A stretch of 64,000 nt of DNA, taken from NCBI GenBank assembly GCA_040390045.1, contig JAZJZC010000002.1, positions 101,113 to 165,112 of the forward strand. The letters run 5' to 3'. Source of the DNA: Patescibacteria group bacterium (GTDB lineage Bacteria > Patescibacteriota > Minisyncoccia > Phycocordibacterales > SIBU01). Below the pieces are notes generated by a model. The model saw only the letters and a program-made list of their open reading frames with translations, did not search any database and was not told the DNA's origin. Of the stretch, positions 1 to 9,361 are shown piece by piece (positions within the stretch are counted from its first letter, which is position 1; the number at the start of each line of letters is the position of its first letter). A program made the translations under genes and the position numbers.

Positions 1-346
1 CATTGCTATTATTTAAAATTTCTCCGGAATTTGTTCCGCGCGTCAGCGTTAAATTCCCCGAAGTTATTTCAAAAGTTAGAGGGTTTTGGTTGGTTGGAAG
101 TTCCGCGCGTTCGATTGCCAGTTTGTTGGTCGTGGGCGTGTCTACTGAGTTTGCTCCGGAAAGCGCCCAGTCTATTTTCCCAATAAGATACGCGCCTTCT
201 TCCTCGAGCATGGCTTTTGCTTGGTTTCGGTTGTGAGATTCAAAAATATTAAAAACTGAAACCAGCGTGCCGCCGATAATTATTCCGTACAACGCGAGGT
301 AGATAAGGGTTTCTATTAATGTGAAGCCAGAGTTTTTTCGAGTCAT
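1..346 (-). CDS. Type IV pilin-like protein (3' end outside window; absent from ORF track)
   Basis: Manual translation from ATG at 346: MTRKNSG|FTLIETLIYLALYGIIIGGTL..., a class III signal peptide with G|F and E5; open to window edge. Confidence 0.85.
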   Translation of the reverse strand, partial: MTRKNSGFTLIETLIYLALYGIIIGGTLVSVFNIFESHNRNQAKAMLEEEGAYLIGKIDWALSGANSVDTPTTNKLAIERAELPTNQNPLTFEITSGNLTLTRGTNSGEILNNSN

Positions 347-354
347 TTTAATTT

Positions 355-2340
355 TTAAGAACTAGTTACCGTTGTAATATATCCTGTGTTGCTAGCATCG
401 ACTGAACCAACGTACAAATAATTCCCTTCGCAATCAAGAGCCACGCCTCCGACGCCAGTTGTGTTGTTTGGCCAAGGTATCGCGGGAGCGAAACTGGCAG
501 TTGAAGTGGCGTTCAGGATTTGCAATTGTCCACCTTTGGTTGCGCTTCCGAGTAACAAAAAGGCCAGCGAATCTCGCACAAGTAATCCGTTGAGGCTAAA
601 CGGGTTACTACTATTTGGCCCGACATCTTTCGTTTGTAAAATTTTCGGAATTGTTGATGATGCATCCAAAGATATAAATTCCGGCGCGGTGCTAATGTAG
701 GTTCGGCCCAAAAACCAGCGGTCACCGACGACGTAGAGACTTCTGCCAAAACCGAAACCGCTTTGTTCGGGCAGGGCGTTGTAGAAAAATTTTAAATTTG
801 GCGAGCTCGGATTGCTAACATCTAACACCACAATTTCTTTGGCTTGGTCGCTGGTGGTCAGATACGCCGTGTTTCCACGAACATACATTTTGTTGATCGC
901 GCTTCCGATTGAGTAGCCGCCGACAAGCGTTGGATTTCCTGGATCGCGCACGTCGATAATATTAAATTCCGGCCCACTATTTGTCTTTGTTAATCCGAGA
1001 TAGACGTAACCGTTTTTATAAAAAATACTGTTACCCAAAGCCTGCCCGCCGTTTCCGGTAACCGTTGGAATTGTGTAGGTGCTCAAAACTTCTGCCGGAT
1101 CGACACTGACATCAATAATTTGCAGTTGGCCGCTGGCGGGACCAGAGTCGGTTGCGACGTAGGCGAAGTGTCCATCTGTGGCGAGAGTATTAAAACCACT
1201 TGTGATTGTAGAGTTGCTACCGAGACCAGAATAAAAAGTTGGATTTTTCGGATCTGCCAGATTAAAAATATACAATTGTTTTATGTAGGTGACCGTGATT
1301 CTGACATGGTCGACTGAAGCTGTGCGCGTTGAAGCAGAGGATCCGATGGCCGAAAGAGCAACGCCGAAGTTCGAATTATTTATTTCCGATGGGCTCCAGG
1401 TTTCTCCCCACAAATCTCCACTGTTGCCGTAGACGGCGTAGGTGTCGGCGCTCGGCCACGGATTTAAGGTGGCTTTGTTTGTGGTGCCGATTGTGCCATC
1501 TGATTTTACAATTTTGATTTCTTTATCTAAAACGCTACCCGCTCCTGCGCTGCCTCGACTGCGTTCGATTTCCACCTTGATGCCGAGAATGGTGGCACCG
1601 GGTGGAATGGTGAAGCCGAAATTTTGAGCTAAAAGATAGTGAGTGGAAATCGCGCCATTTATAGATGCGGTTGCGGAAGCATTATCGCTTGCCACAATTT
1701 TTTCTGGGTTGTTCCACGGTAGGCTCCCGACACTTGAATCGTCGTTTCCTGTTCCGGCATTTTTTGGTCCGAGATTTTGGCTCGATTGATTTACCGTTAC
1801 GTGCAATTTTCCGTTGCTCGCATCGAGATCAGTGATTGGGTAGGCATTTGAAATATCGCCAATTAAATTTCCGAGAGAAAAATTGGTGACCGTGGGATTT
1901 TTCCAATTGCCTGAGAGAAACGAATTGCAGGTATCACCACTTGAAACATTTTCAAAATTACTGACGAGGGTCGACATTTCGACATGTCTTGAAATTTTGC
2001 TGTCATCAGTCCAGCTGACATGCGCGGTTACCTCCTTTGTCAGAAAATTGTTTGTGGTGGGCGAGTTGATGTCCGTCCAAATTTTGTAATAGCCGTCTGG
2101 GGTTGTGGTGGCGGAAGATGGATTAACCATTCGAAAATCTTTTCGAGCAGTGGCCGCCGCTTCTTCCAAAATTTTTTGCGCCTCTCCTAAAGCCTCGGAG
2201 TTTGTTTGTGCGCCGATTAAAAAATTTTGATTACCGAAAGAAACCATAATGACTGAAGAAATTACGGTGCTCATGATCGCCAGCGCGATCATGATTTCCA
2301 AAGTGCTAAAACCTCTTTGGTTGGGGGTTAGTTGGTCCAT
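355..2340 (-). CDS. Large minor pilin/adhesin with prepilin leader, beta-sandwich-like insert and LVIVD-type repeats
   Basis: QRG|FSTLEIMIAL leader; repeats LQIIDVS, FNIIDVRDPGNP, IVVLDVSNPSSP. Confidence 0.75.
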   Translation of the reverse strand: MDQLTPNQRGFSTLEIMIALAIMSTVISSVIMVSFGNQNFLIGAQTNSEALGEAQKILEEAAATARKDFRMVNPSSATTTPDGYYKIWTDINSPTTNNFLTKEVTAHVSWTDDSKISRHVEMSTLVSNFENVSSGDTCNSFLSGNWKNPTVTNFSLGNLIGDISNAYPITDLDASNGKLHVTVNQSSQNLGPKNAGTGNDDSSVGSLPWNNPEKIVASDNASATASINGAISTHYLLAQNFGFTIPPGATILGIKVEIERSRGSAGAGSVLDKEIKIVKSDGTIGTTNKATLNPWPSADTYAVYGNSGDLWGETWSPSEINNSNFGVALSAIGSSASTRTASVDHVRITVTYIKQLYIFNLADPKNPTFYSGLGSNSTITSGFNTLATDGHFAYVATDSGPASGQLQIIDVSVDPAEVLSTYTIPTVTGNGGQALGNSIFYKNGYVYLGLTKTNSGPEFNIIDVRDPGNPTLVGGYSIGSAINKMYVRGNTAYLTTSDQAKEIVVLDVSNPSSPNLKFFYNALPEQSGFGFGRSLYVVGDRWFLGRTYISTAPEFISLDASSTIPKILQTKDVGPNSSNPFSLNGLLVRDSLAFLLLGSATKGGQLQILNATSTASFAPAIPWPNNTTGVGGVALDCEGNYLYVGSVDASNTGYITTVTSS

Positions 2341-2810
2341 GAAATTTGTCCTTCACTGCCGATGGTTATTGTTGATGATGCGCTAGTTTCATCTGAGAGA
2401 ATAATGCTTGCCGGATTTGCATCTGCTGAGAGTTGTTCAAAATAAATATCGACCGGTCCGGTGGCGTCGATTGCTTGAGAAATATTTTTACCAACGTCAA
2501 TTGGAACGTTGAGTGAGTCAGTCGTGTTGTAGATTTTTCCTTGAAACATAATTAATTTCAAAAGTTTTCCGGAACTTATTTCCAAATGGACGCCGTGAGC
2601 CGCGCCGTCGGTACAATTGCCAAGACAGACGTTGTGCATGGATTGTGCTCGAGAGTGCTGAAGGGCCAAGACCAGCATGTCTCGTTGGTTACGGAAAGAA
2701 GAATTTTGGTAATCCCGCGTACTGACAAATAAACCGAGTGAAGCTACGACACCAAGAAGCGCAGTGACGATAATAATTTCTATGAGAGTGATTCCTCGTT
2801 TGTATTTCAT
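2328..2810 (-). CDS. Minor pilin/pseudopilin (GspH/FimT-like)
   Basis: Likely start MKYKRG|ITLIEIII at 2810; hydrophobic helix, then 'LQHSRAQSM...HGVHL'. Confidence 0.8.
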   Translation of the reverse strand: MKYKRGITLIEIIIVTALLGVVASLGLFVSTRDYQNSSFRNQRDMLVLALQHSRAQSMHNVCLGNCTDGAAHGVHLEISSGKLLKLIMFQGKIYNTTDSLNVPIDVGKNISQAIDATGPVDIYFEQLSADANPASIILSDETSASSTITIGSEGQISWTN

Positions 2811-2841
2811 CGTAAAAAGAAATTCGCCAAACATATGAGCT

Positions 2842-3927
2842 CTAAGGGTGTAAGTTCTGGGTGATACTGTATATCGGTGTAATGATTGATATCGCAATAA
2901 AACCCACCACAAGTCCCATGCAAATCATAAGCACCGGTTCGATAATGCTCGATATATTTTTAGTGAAATCATCAATTTCTCCGTCGTATAATTCGGAAAC
3001 ATAGGTTAAAGAATTTGATAAATTACCACTGCGTTCTCCGACTGAAATAATTTGCGAGACAACATCAGGAAAAATGTTTCGTTTGGTTTTCAGATGCTCA
3101 GACATTTTTTCTCCGCGATCAACGACGAGCGCCAAGGTTAGAAATTCTTTCCGGTAAACAAGATTTTTCGTGGTGTTTACTAAAATAGGCAGGGCTTCGG
3201 AAATCGTAATGCCACTCTTTAAAAGAATTCCGAGAGTTCTGGTGGCGCTGGCCAAATTATAGTGCTCGATCACTTTGCCAATGATTGGGATTTTTAGAAT
3301 GCAGAGATCAAAATAAAAATGAAGTCGTGGAATTTTCTTGAGAGCGATAAAAAATACAATTGATAATACGAAGAGGATTCCTAAAATTAAAAATCCGTCA
3401 TGAGTAACCATTTTGTTTATAAAAATCACGATTCGCGTCGAGAGGGGAAGTTTGATGTGTAAGCTCGCAAACACCGGCATGATTTTGGGAAACAAATAGA
3501 GGATTAAGAAAATCGTAATACCAAACGTGGCGAGGGTGACAATTGCGGGGTAGATAAAAGCCCCGATAATTTTTCGTTTCAAGATTTGTTTTTTGCGAAG
3601 CTCGTCCGCCAGGTAACTTAGGTTTTCGCTCAAGAGTCCCGTGGATTCGCCGATGCGTATAATATTGATGGCAAATTCCCCGAAGGCGTTTTCTTGAATG
3701 GAAAGTGAGGTTGAGAGAAAGAGTCCATTTCCAATGTCGTCTAAAATGGCTTTCAAAATTATTTTTTGTTTCTTTGATCGTGTTTGTTCAAGGAGCATCG
3801 ACAGACTTTCGTGCAGTGGCACACCCGCGCTTATTAAGAATGACAATCGTTTGATCAAAAAAGTTTGCTCCTTGACTGAGAGACGAGGCCGAAAGTAAGA
3901 AAGCCAGATTTTTTTGATAAATTTCAT
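2842..3927 (-). CDS. Type IV filament platform protein (PilC/GspF/ComGB family)
   Basis: Two T2SSF repeats (IGESTGLL, VGERSGNL), 'FIYPAIV', 'IIEPVLM', terminal 'PIY'. Confidence 0.92.
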   Translation of the reverse strand: MKFIKKIWLSYFRPRLSVKEQTFLIKRLSFLISAGVPLHESLSMLLEQTRSKKQKIILKAILDDIGNGLFLSTSLSIQENAFGEFAINIIRIGESTGLLSENLSYLADELRKKQILKRKIIGAFIYPAIVTLATFGITIFLILYLFPKIMPVFASLHIKLPLSTRIVIFINKMVTHDGFLILGILFVLSIVFFIALKKIPRLHFYFDLCILKIPIIGKVIEHYNLASATRTLGILLKSGITISEALPILVNTTKNLVYRKEFLTLALVVDRGEKMSEHLKTKRNIFPDVVSQIISVGERSGNLSNSLTYVSELYDGEIDDFTKNISSIIEPVLMICMGLVVGFIAISIITPIYSITQNLHP

Positions 3928-3930
3928 ATT

Positions 3931-5166
3931 TTATTCATGAACGACGCGTAAAATTTCTTCGAGCGTGGTGATGCCCTCCGCCACTTTTTTACAGCCGTCT
4001 TCCATCATGGTGGTCATGCCTTCTGCTGTTGCAATTTTTTTAATTTTGCTTGCTGGTGCTCGACGGATGATGGCCTCTTTAATTGCGTCATCTGCCACAA
4101 GTACTTCGTTGATGGAAATTCTGCCGCGGTAACCGCTGTTGCCACAGGACATACAGCCGGCGCCTCGGCGTATTTTTTTGCTATCTCTCAAAATTTTTTC
4201 AAGCGTTGTGCCCGCAAGATTTTTCTCTAGCACGGTTGGCAATGTAACTTCTTTTGCGCAGTGCTGGCAGATTTTCCGGACGAGCCTTTGTCCAATTGCT
4301 AAAGTTACCGTTGAGGCAATTAAGTATTCTTCGATGCCCATATCTAAAAGGCGTGGAAGGGTGGTGGCGGCATCGTTTGTGTGGAGAGTTGAGAGCACGA
4401 GATGCCCCGTCAGGGCGGCGTTGACGGCGACGGTTGCGGTTTCGGCATCTCTGATTTCACCAACCATAATAATATTTGGATCTTGGCGGAGGATGGATCG
4501 TAGGCCGTTGGCGAAGGAAAGTTTTGTTTGAGCATTGACTTGAATTTGTTCGATGTCTGAAACAGCGTATTCAATTGGGTCTTCAATAGTAATGACCGAA
4601 ACTTCCGGTGTGCTCAGCATTTTGACCAAGGTGTAAAGTGTCGTGGTTTTACCCGAACCTGTTGGACCAGTTGAGAGAATCATGCCGCTGGTTTTTTTCA
4701 TGGCGGTCGAAATTTTCTCGATGTCATTTTTACTGAAGCCGAGGTTTTCCAAACTGAAATTTTCAGCGCGGTCGGAGAGCAGACGCAACACCGCATTTTC
4801 GCCGTGGTAGGTCGGCACAATCGAAACACGGATGTCCACGATTTCGTTGGTATCTGAAAAAATGTGTCTGAAACGCCCGTCTTGAGTTGCCTGATGTTCA
4901 TCGGTTCGCAGACGTGCCAAAACTTTAATTCGCGAAATAATTTCGGAGTGAATTTTTTTGGGAAAGTCGTGCGCGTGCTGTAAGACGCCGTCAATTCGAA
5001 AACGGATTCGAACACTTTCAACGTTTGGATCAATGTGGATATCGGAAACTCGGGCGCCGTGCGCTTCTTCGAGAAGGCCGGCGAATAGATTGATAATGGA
5101 AAGATTTTCTCCGCGCAGAAGTTCTTGGGCGACACGTTCAATTTTTTCTGAAGAGGGGAGAGGCAT
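3931..5166 (-). CDS. Assembly ATPase GspE/PilB/ComGA family, short form
   Basis: SDIHIDP, QDGRF, Walker A GPTGSGKTTT, TIEDPIEY, LRQDPNIIMVGEIRD, TGHLVLSTLHTN, two CxxC. Confidence 0.95.
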   Translation of the reverse strand: MPLPSSEKIERVAQELLRGENLSIINLFAGLLEEAHGARVSDIHIDPNVESVRIRFRIDGVLQHAHDFPKKIHSEIISRIKVLARLRTDEHQATQDGRFRHIFSDTNEIVDIRVSIVPTYHGENAVLRLLSDRAENFSLENLGFSKNDIEKISTAMKKTSGMILSTGPTGSGKTTTLYTLVKMLSTPEVSVITIEDPIEYAVSDIEQIQVNAQTKLSFANGLRSILRQDPNIIMVGEIRDAETATVAVNAALTGHLVLSTLHTNDAATTLPRLLDMGIEEYLIASTVTLAIGQRLVRKICQHCAKEVTLPTVLEKNLAGTTLEKILRDSKKIRRGAGCMSCGNSGYRGRISINEVLVADDAIKEAIIRRAPASKIKKIATAEGMTTMMEDGCKKVAEGITTLEEILRVVHE

Positions 5167-5252
5167 GATTTTAGTGTAATATAAAAGTTGTCAGTATACA
5201 ACAACTAAAATATTACTAAATCAGCGAGGTGCGACTATGGTATACTTTTGCT

Positions 5253-5825
5253 ATGCATTTTCTCAGAAAATATCAGTACGTTTTTCTTTTTTCGCTCTTA
5301 ATTTTGGCGGTGACCGCGGGAATTGAGTTGTGGACTGGGCGCTCGCCTTGGGGACCAGACGGAAAATTTGGTTGGTGGGATGGAAATGTTTGGGGTTCGG
5401 AAAGTTCTCAACGAGTGGCGGATGCATACTCGTTCTCGCACATTATTCACGGCATGTTGTTTTACGCTTTTTTGTGGCTGGTGGCGCGGCGGGTTCCGGC
5501 GAGATATCGATTTGTTCTTGCGCTTTTAATGGAAGCCGGCTGGGAGCTTTTGGAAAATTCTCCGATCATTGTTGATCGCTATCGAGCAGTTACAATTTCG
5601 CTTGGCTATGTCGGGGACAGCGTGCTCAATTCGGTTTCCGATATTATTATGGCGGGCATAGGATTTTTGATTTCACGAAGCGTGAAAGTTTGGGTGAGCA
5701 TTCTGCTTATTATTATCATGGAGGTTGGTTGTTTGTTTTGGGTGAGGGATAATTTAACGCTAAATGTCATTATGCTGGTGGCGCCGCAGGAATCTATTAA
5801 AAATTGGCAATCGGAAGGGCATTAA
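5253..5825 (+). CDS. DUF2585/UPF0314-like membrane protein
   Basis: Motifs SQRVADAYSFSHIIHG, WELLENSPII.RYR, YVGDSVLNSVSD, RDNLTLN; start taken at MHFL. Confidence 0.75.
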   Translation: MHFLRKYQYVFLFSLLILAVTAGIELWTGRSPWGPDGKFGWWDGNVWGSESSQRVADAYSFSHIIHGMLFYAFLWLVARRVPARYRFVLALLMEAGWELLENSPIIVDRYRAVTISLGYVGDSVLNSVSDIIMAGIGFLISRSVKVWVSILLIIIMEVGCLFWVRDNLTLNVIMLVAPQESIKNWQSEGH

Positions 5826-5847
5826 TAAATAATCCAACATATTTGTT

Positions 5848-6752
5848 ATGGGAATAGAAAAAATGTATAAATTCTCAGGCCTTTTTATCGGTGCGGCTTT
5901 AGGTTTAGTTTCTTTGGTTGTAACAGTGCCGATTTTTTTTTCGCTGTTTTTGGACTCATGTTATTTGGAGGCAATGCTCCGCTTATACCGATGATAGGCG
6001 GCCCTCTCATTATTTTTTTGACCTGCGTAATTATTTTTTCATACATCGGATCAAAAATTGGTACGAGAATTGAGTCTGATACTGAAAACGTAGAGAAAAA
6101 TAAAAAACGGGCAGCGTTAATTTTTTGGCTATCGCTTCTATGTCTAGCAGGAGGGGCTTTTTTCTCTGTCACAAGATTAGTTTCAATTTACGTGGCAACT
6201 CTTTCCGCAACTAAAGAGGCAAGTACGGAAGCCGGAGCAATTACTTCGACAGAACCGCACTATGAAAATTATGCAACGATTGGCGATGTTAGTTTTGAAA
6301 CGCAAGAACCATTTTCCGAAAAACAAGGTATCAACGGCCAATTAATTACAGTCTCTTTGTTCAAAAAATTGCAAATACTTGTTCCTATTTCTGTAACGCA
6401 GGCAGGAACCTATCAGGTGAATCTTCAGTATGGTGATGAGAAAATTGGCACTGCTCCGATGAAGGTGATTACACAAGCTCTCCACGTTGGCTCCAACATT
6501 GTTACGATTGAATTTCTTGCTGATGAGTCTCGAGAATATGGCTATGTTTCTCCAAAATCTGCTGGAGGAGTTGCCCAAGTTCAGTTAGGATACCTTGTAT
6601 CAAAAAAGGAACTTATGGGTAGTCTGAAATCAAATAACGCGATCAATCAAAAGATACTTGAACAATTTATGAAAGACGAAGCCTCTAATCAAGGGGTTAA
6701 TTCCAATGCGACTGTTAATAAATTTATTGTTAAAAAAGAAGTTCAATTTTAA
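5848..6752 (+). pseudogene. Membrane protein, probably frameshifted at a T9 tract (or shorter CDS 5958-6752)
   Basis: ATG 5848 frame gives MGIEKMYKFSGLFIGAALGLVSLVVTVPIFF; one extra T in 5933-5941 joins it to the 264-aa ORF. Confidence 0.5.
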
Positions 6753-6757
6753 TCGCC

Positions 6758-7231
6758 ATGTTTTTATTTTTATGTAAATGTTTTCTCGGATTGATTCTCG
6801 CTATGCTTTTATTGGGAGTGGCGCGGACGTTATTTCTCGAGCATTCGGACAATCAAGCAAAATTTTCAGCGGGAAAATTTCCGAGTGTGGCGCCCGAAGG
6901 TTTTTTCAAGGGCACGGTTCCGGGCTACAGCGTTTCGTGGAAAGGAAAAAAATTTTCAGCGGCAGAAAGCAGTGGGATCAATCTTTTTGACGATGGCAAT
7001 GGTGGTCAAAAAGAACGGTATCCTTTTGTGACAAGTGAAGGCAAGGGCGTGCACGATAAAAGTCTTGAAGTTTTGAAAATTGATTACAACATTTCGGCAA
7101 ATCCGCTTTGGTTGCGACCAATTTTAGATGAGATTGTCGAGGTTTCTCCTGAGCATTTTCTTGGAAAAGTGCACGTGAGGATTATCCCGGGATTTCCATT
7201 TACTCTCGCTTTTTTCGAGCTTCAAAAATAA
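6758..7231 (+). CDS. Hypothetical protein with N-terminal membrane anchor
   Basis: 157-aa ORF, hydrophobic N-terminus, tightly coupled to previous ORF. Confidence 0.7.
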   Translation: MFLFLCKCFLGLILAMLLLGVARTLFLEHSDNQAKFSAGKFPSVAPEGFFKGTVPGYSVSWKGKKFSAAESSGINLFDDGNGGQKERYPFVTSEGKGVHDKSLEVLKIDYNISANPLWLRPILDEIVEVSPEHFLGKVHVRIIPGFPFTLAFFELQK

Positions 7232-7242
7232 TCTGAAAAGTT

Positions 7243-7890
7243 TTAGTGCGCCAAGGCGATTGATAAAATTTTTCGAGCGCCCGCGCGCCGGAGCGCGCGG
7301 GCGGCTTCGTCAAACGTTGCGCCGGTTGTAGTGACGTCGTCAAAAAGAATAATATTTTTTCCTGAAATTTTTTCAGGATCGGACACCTCGAAACAACCTG
7401 AAAGATTTTCCAGCCGTTCTGAGCGATTCTTTTTGGTTTGACTGACCGTATCTTTATTTTTTACTAAAAGATTTTTTTCATATTGAAAAAAATTTCCACC
7501 ATCTTTGCTGTACACCAAATCAGTGACTAGTTCGCACTGATTAAAACCGCGCTCAGCTCGGCGAGTTTTTGAGAGGGGAATGGGAATTAAAATTGGTTTA
7601 CCAAAGGCTTCAAATATTTCTCGCTCGCTCAACTCCTCCGCCAGTTCATCATAGAGACATTCCGCGAAAAGGTGCGCCACTTTTTTATTTCCTCGATATT
7701 TTAGTTCCCAAATCATTTGTTTTATCAAAAGATTTTTGTAGTCAAAGATGGCAGTGGTATCTTTCGGTAAATTTCCGGAATTTTTAAGCGTTAGCTTTTT
7801 TAAATTCTCCGGAGTGAGCGCGTCGATCTCTTTTAAGATTTTTGACTGCGGCAAGAGAAGCTCGAGAATATAGATGAAAAGTTTTTTCAT
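7243..7890 (-). CDS. comF: ComF family competence protein (phosphoribosyltransferase fold)
   Basis: LIPIPLS..R..ERGFNQ, PRPP-binding ILFDDVTTTGAT, 'LKYRG'. Confidence 0.9.
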   Translation of the reverse strand: MKKLFIYILELLLPQSKILKEIDALTPENLKKLTLKNSGNLPKDTTAIFDYKNLLIKQMIWELKYRGNKKVAHLFAECLYDELAEELSEREIFEAFGKPILIPIPLSKTRRAERGFNQCELVTDLVYSKDGGNFFQYEKNLLVKNKDTVSQTKKNRSERLENLSGCFEVSDPEKISGKNIILFDDVTTTGATFDEAARALRRAGARKILSIALAH

Positions 7891-7969
7891 GTCATGTTAT
7901 ACTAATATATACGGCTGAGTATGCAATCTGATATGTTTCGGTTGATCAAACTCTTCTTTTTCATTTTCT

Positions 7970-9109
7970 ATGGACAATCCTTTAAAAACTATTCTCAATT
8001 TGTTTAAAAAGTCCGGCGATTCCGTTTTAGGTATTGATATTGGCGCATCCTCGATCAAGGTGGTTCAAGTGAGAAAGAAAGCTGGGCAAGCGGTGCTTGA
8101 AACCTACGGTGAATTGGCGCTTGGACCCTACGCTGGTTTTGAAGTTGGTCGCGCTACCCATTTGCCGACGGATAAAATTATCGAAGCGATGGGGGATGTG
8201 CTTCGTGAAGCAAACACAACCACTAAACGATGCGGCGTTTCTATTCCTCTTTCTTCAAGTTTGGTTTCGCTTATTGAAATGCCTTCTATTCCAACAGCCC
8301 AGCTCGCGCAAATGGTTCCGCTCGAAGCTCGAAAATATATTCCGGTGCCGGTTAGTGAAATTACGCTCGACTGGTGGGTGATTCCCAAAGAAGAAAGCAA
8401 GGTGTTTACCTCAGAGCCGACTGACGCTCCACTCGGCGCATCGGCATTGAAGCCCACGACGGAAAAAATAAATGTTTTGGTTGTGGCTATTCACAATGAG
8501 GCCATCAATAAATATCAGGACATTGTTTCAAAAAGCATGTTGGACTCTTCTTTTTTCGAGATTGAAATTTTCAGTTCCATGAGATCAGTATTGCGTGAGG
8601 AAAATGCTACGGCGATGATTTTTGATTTTGGCGCTGGATCAACCAAGCTCTACATTATCGACCGCGGCATTGTCAGAGTTTCTCACACGATCAATCGCGG
8701 TTCGCAAGACATTACGCTTGCCATGTCGCGGGCGCTCAACATCTCAGTTCCGGAAGCAGAAAATATTAAACGAACTTCCGGTTTGGGTTATCAAGGTGGT
8801 GGTGTGGATATCACACAAGTTATTTCTGCGAGCCTCAACTTCGTGCTTTCTGAAGCCAGCAGAGTATTGGTGACGTATGAAAAACGCTACAACAAAACGT
8901 TAAATAGCGTGGTGTTGACGGGAGGAGGTTCCAACTTGAAAGGTTTTTTTGAAATGGCTAGAGACAATTTCCAAATTCCAGTGGTGATGGCTGATCCGTT
9001 TTCGCGACTGCAATCGCCGCCGTTTCTTGATCCGGTACTCAAGGGCGCTGGGCCAGAATTTGCCGTGGCGATTGGTGTGGCGTTGCGTCGGTTGCAAGAA
9101 ACTGCGTAA
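7970..9109 (+). CDS. pilM: Type IV pilus assembly protein PilM
   Basis: GIDIGASSIKVV, EARKYIP, DFGAGST, VLTGGGS, FAVAIGVAL (actin-like fold). Confidence 0.93.
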   Translation: MDNPLKTILNLFKKSGDSVLGIDIGASSIKVVQVRKKAGQAVLETYGELALGPYAGFEVGRATHLPTDKIIEAMGDVLREANTTTKRCGVSIPLSSSLVSLIEMPSIPTAQLAQMVPLEARKYIPVPVSEITLDWWVIPKEESKVFTSEPTDAPLGASALKPTTEKINVLVVAIHNEAINKYQDIVSKSMLDSSFFEIEIFSSMRSVLREENATAMIFDFGAGSTKLYIIDRGIVRVSHTINRGSQDITLAMSRALNISVPEAENIKRTSGLGYQGGGVDITQVISASLNFVLSEASRVLVTYEKRYNKTLNSVVLTGGGSNLKGFFEMARDNFQIPVVMADPFSRLQSPPFLDPVLKGAGPEFAVAIGVALRRLQETA

Positions 9110-9306
9110 GGAAGTAGGTTAGCCCGCCTGAACGACTGAGACCGTTCAGTTGGGCGGGTAAGTTAGTAGGTAGAGGGTAGAAAAAACAAAACTAATGGCC
9201 GCGACTCTGTCGCGGCCATTATTTATTCGGGTTTCCCCGTTCCTTGTGTTCCCCGCCCGTACCGAAACGTTACGTTCGGGCGGGCATGATCCATGTTCTG
9301 TGATTC
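9110..9306. repeat. Compound repeat junction: two CCCGCC...GGCGGG hairpins embedded in short-period repeat arms, either side of a GC stem-loop
   Basis: Hairpins 9123-9158 and 9252-9284; stem TAATGGCCGCGAC/GTCGCGGCCATTA 9193-9221; flanking units GTAGGTA/GAGGGTA and CATGATC/CATGTTC. Confidence 0.7.
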
Positions 9307-9361
9307 TGGAAGTTATCCCCACCTCTCTTCTCTTCAAAAAAGTGCTACAATACTGAATAAT

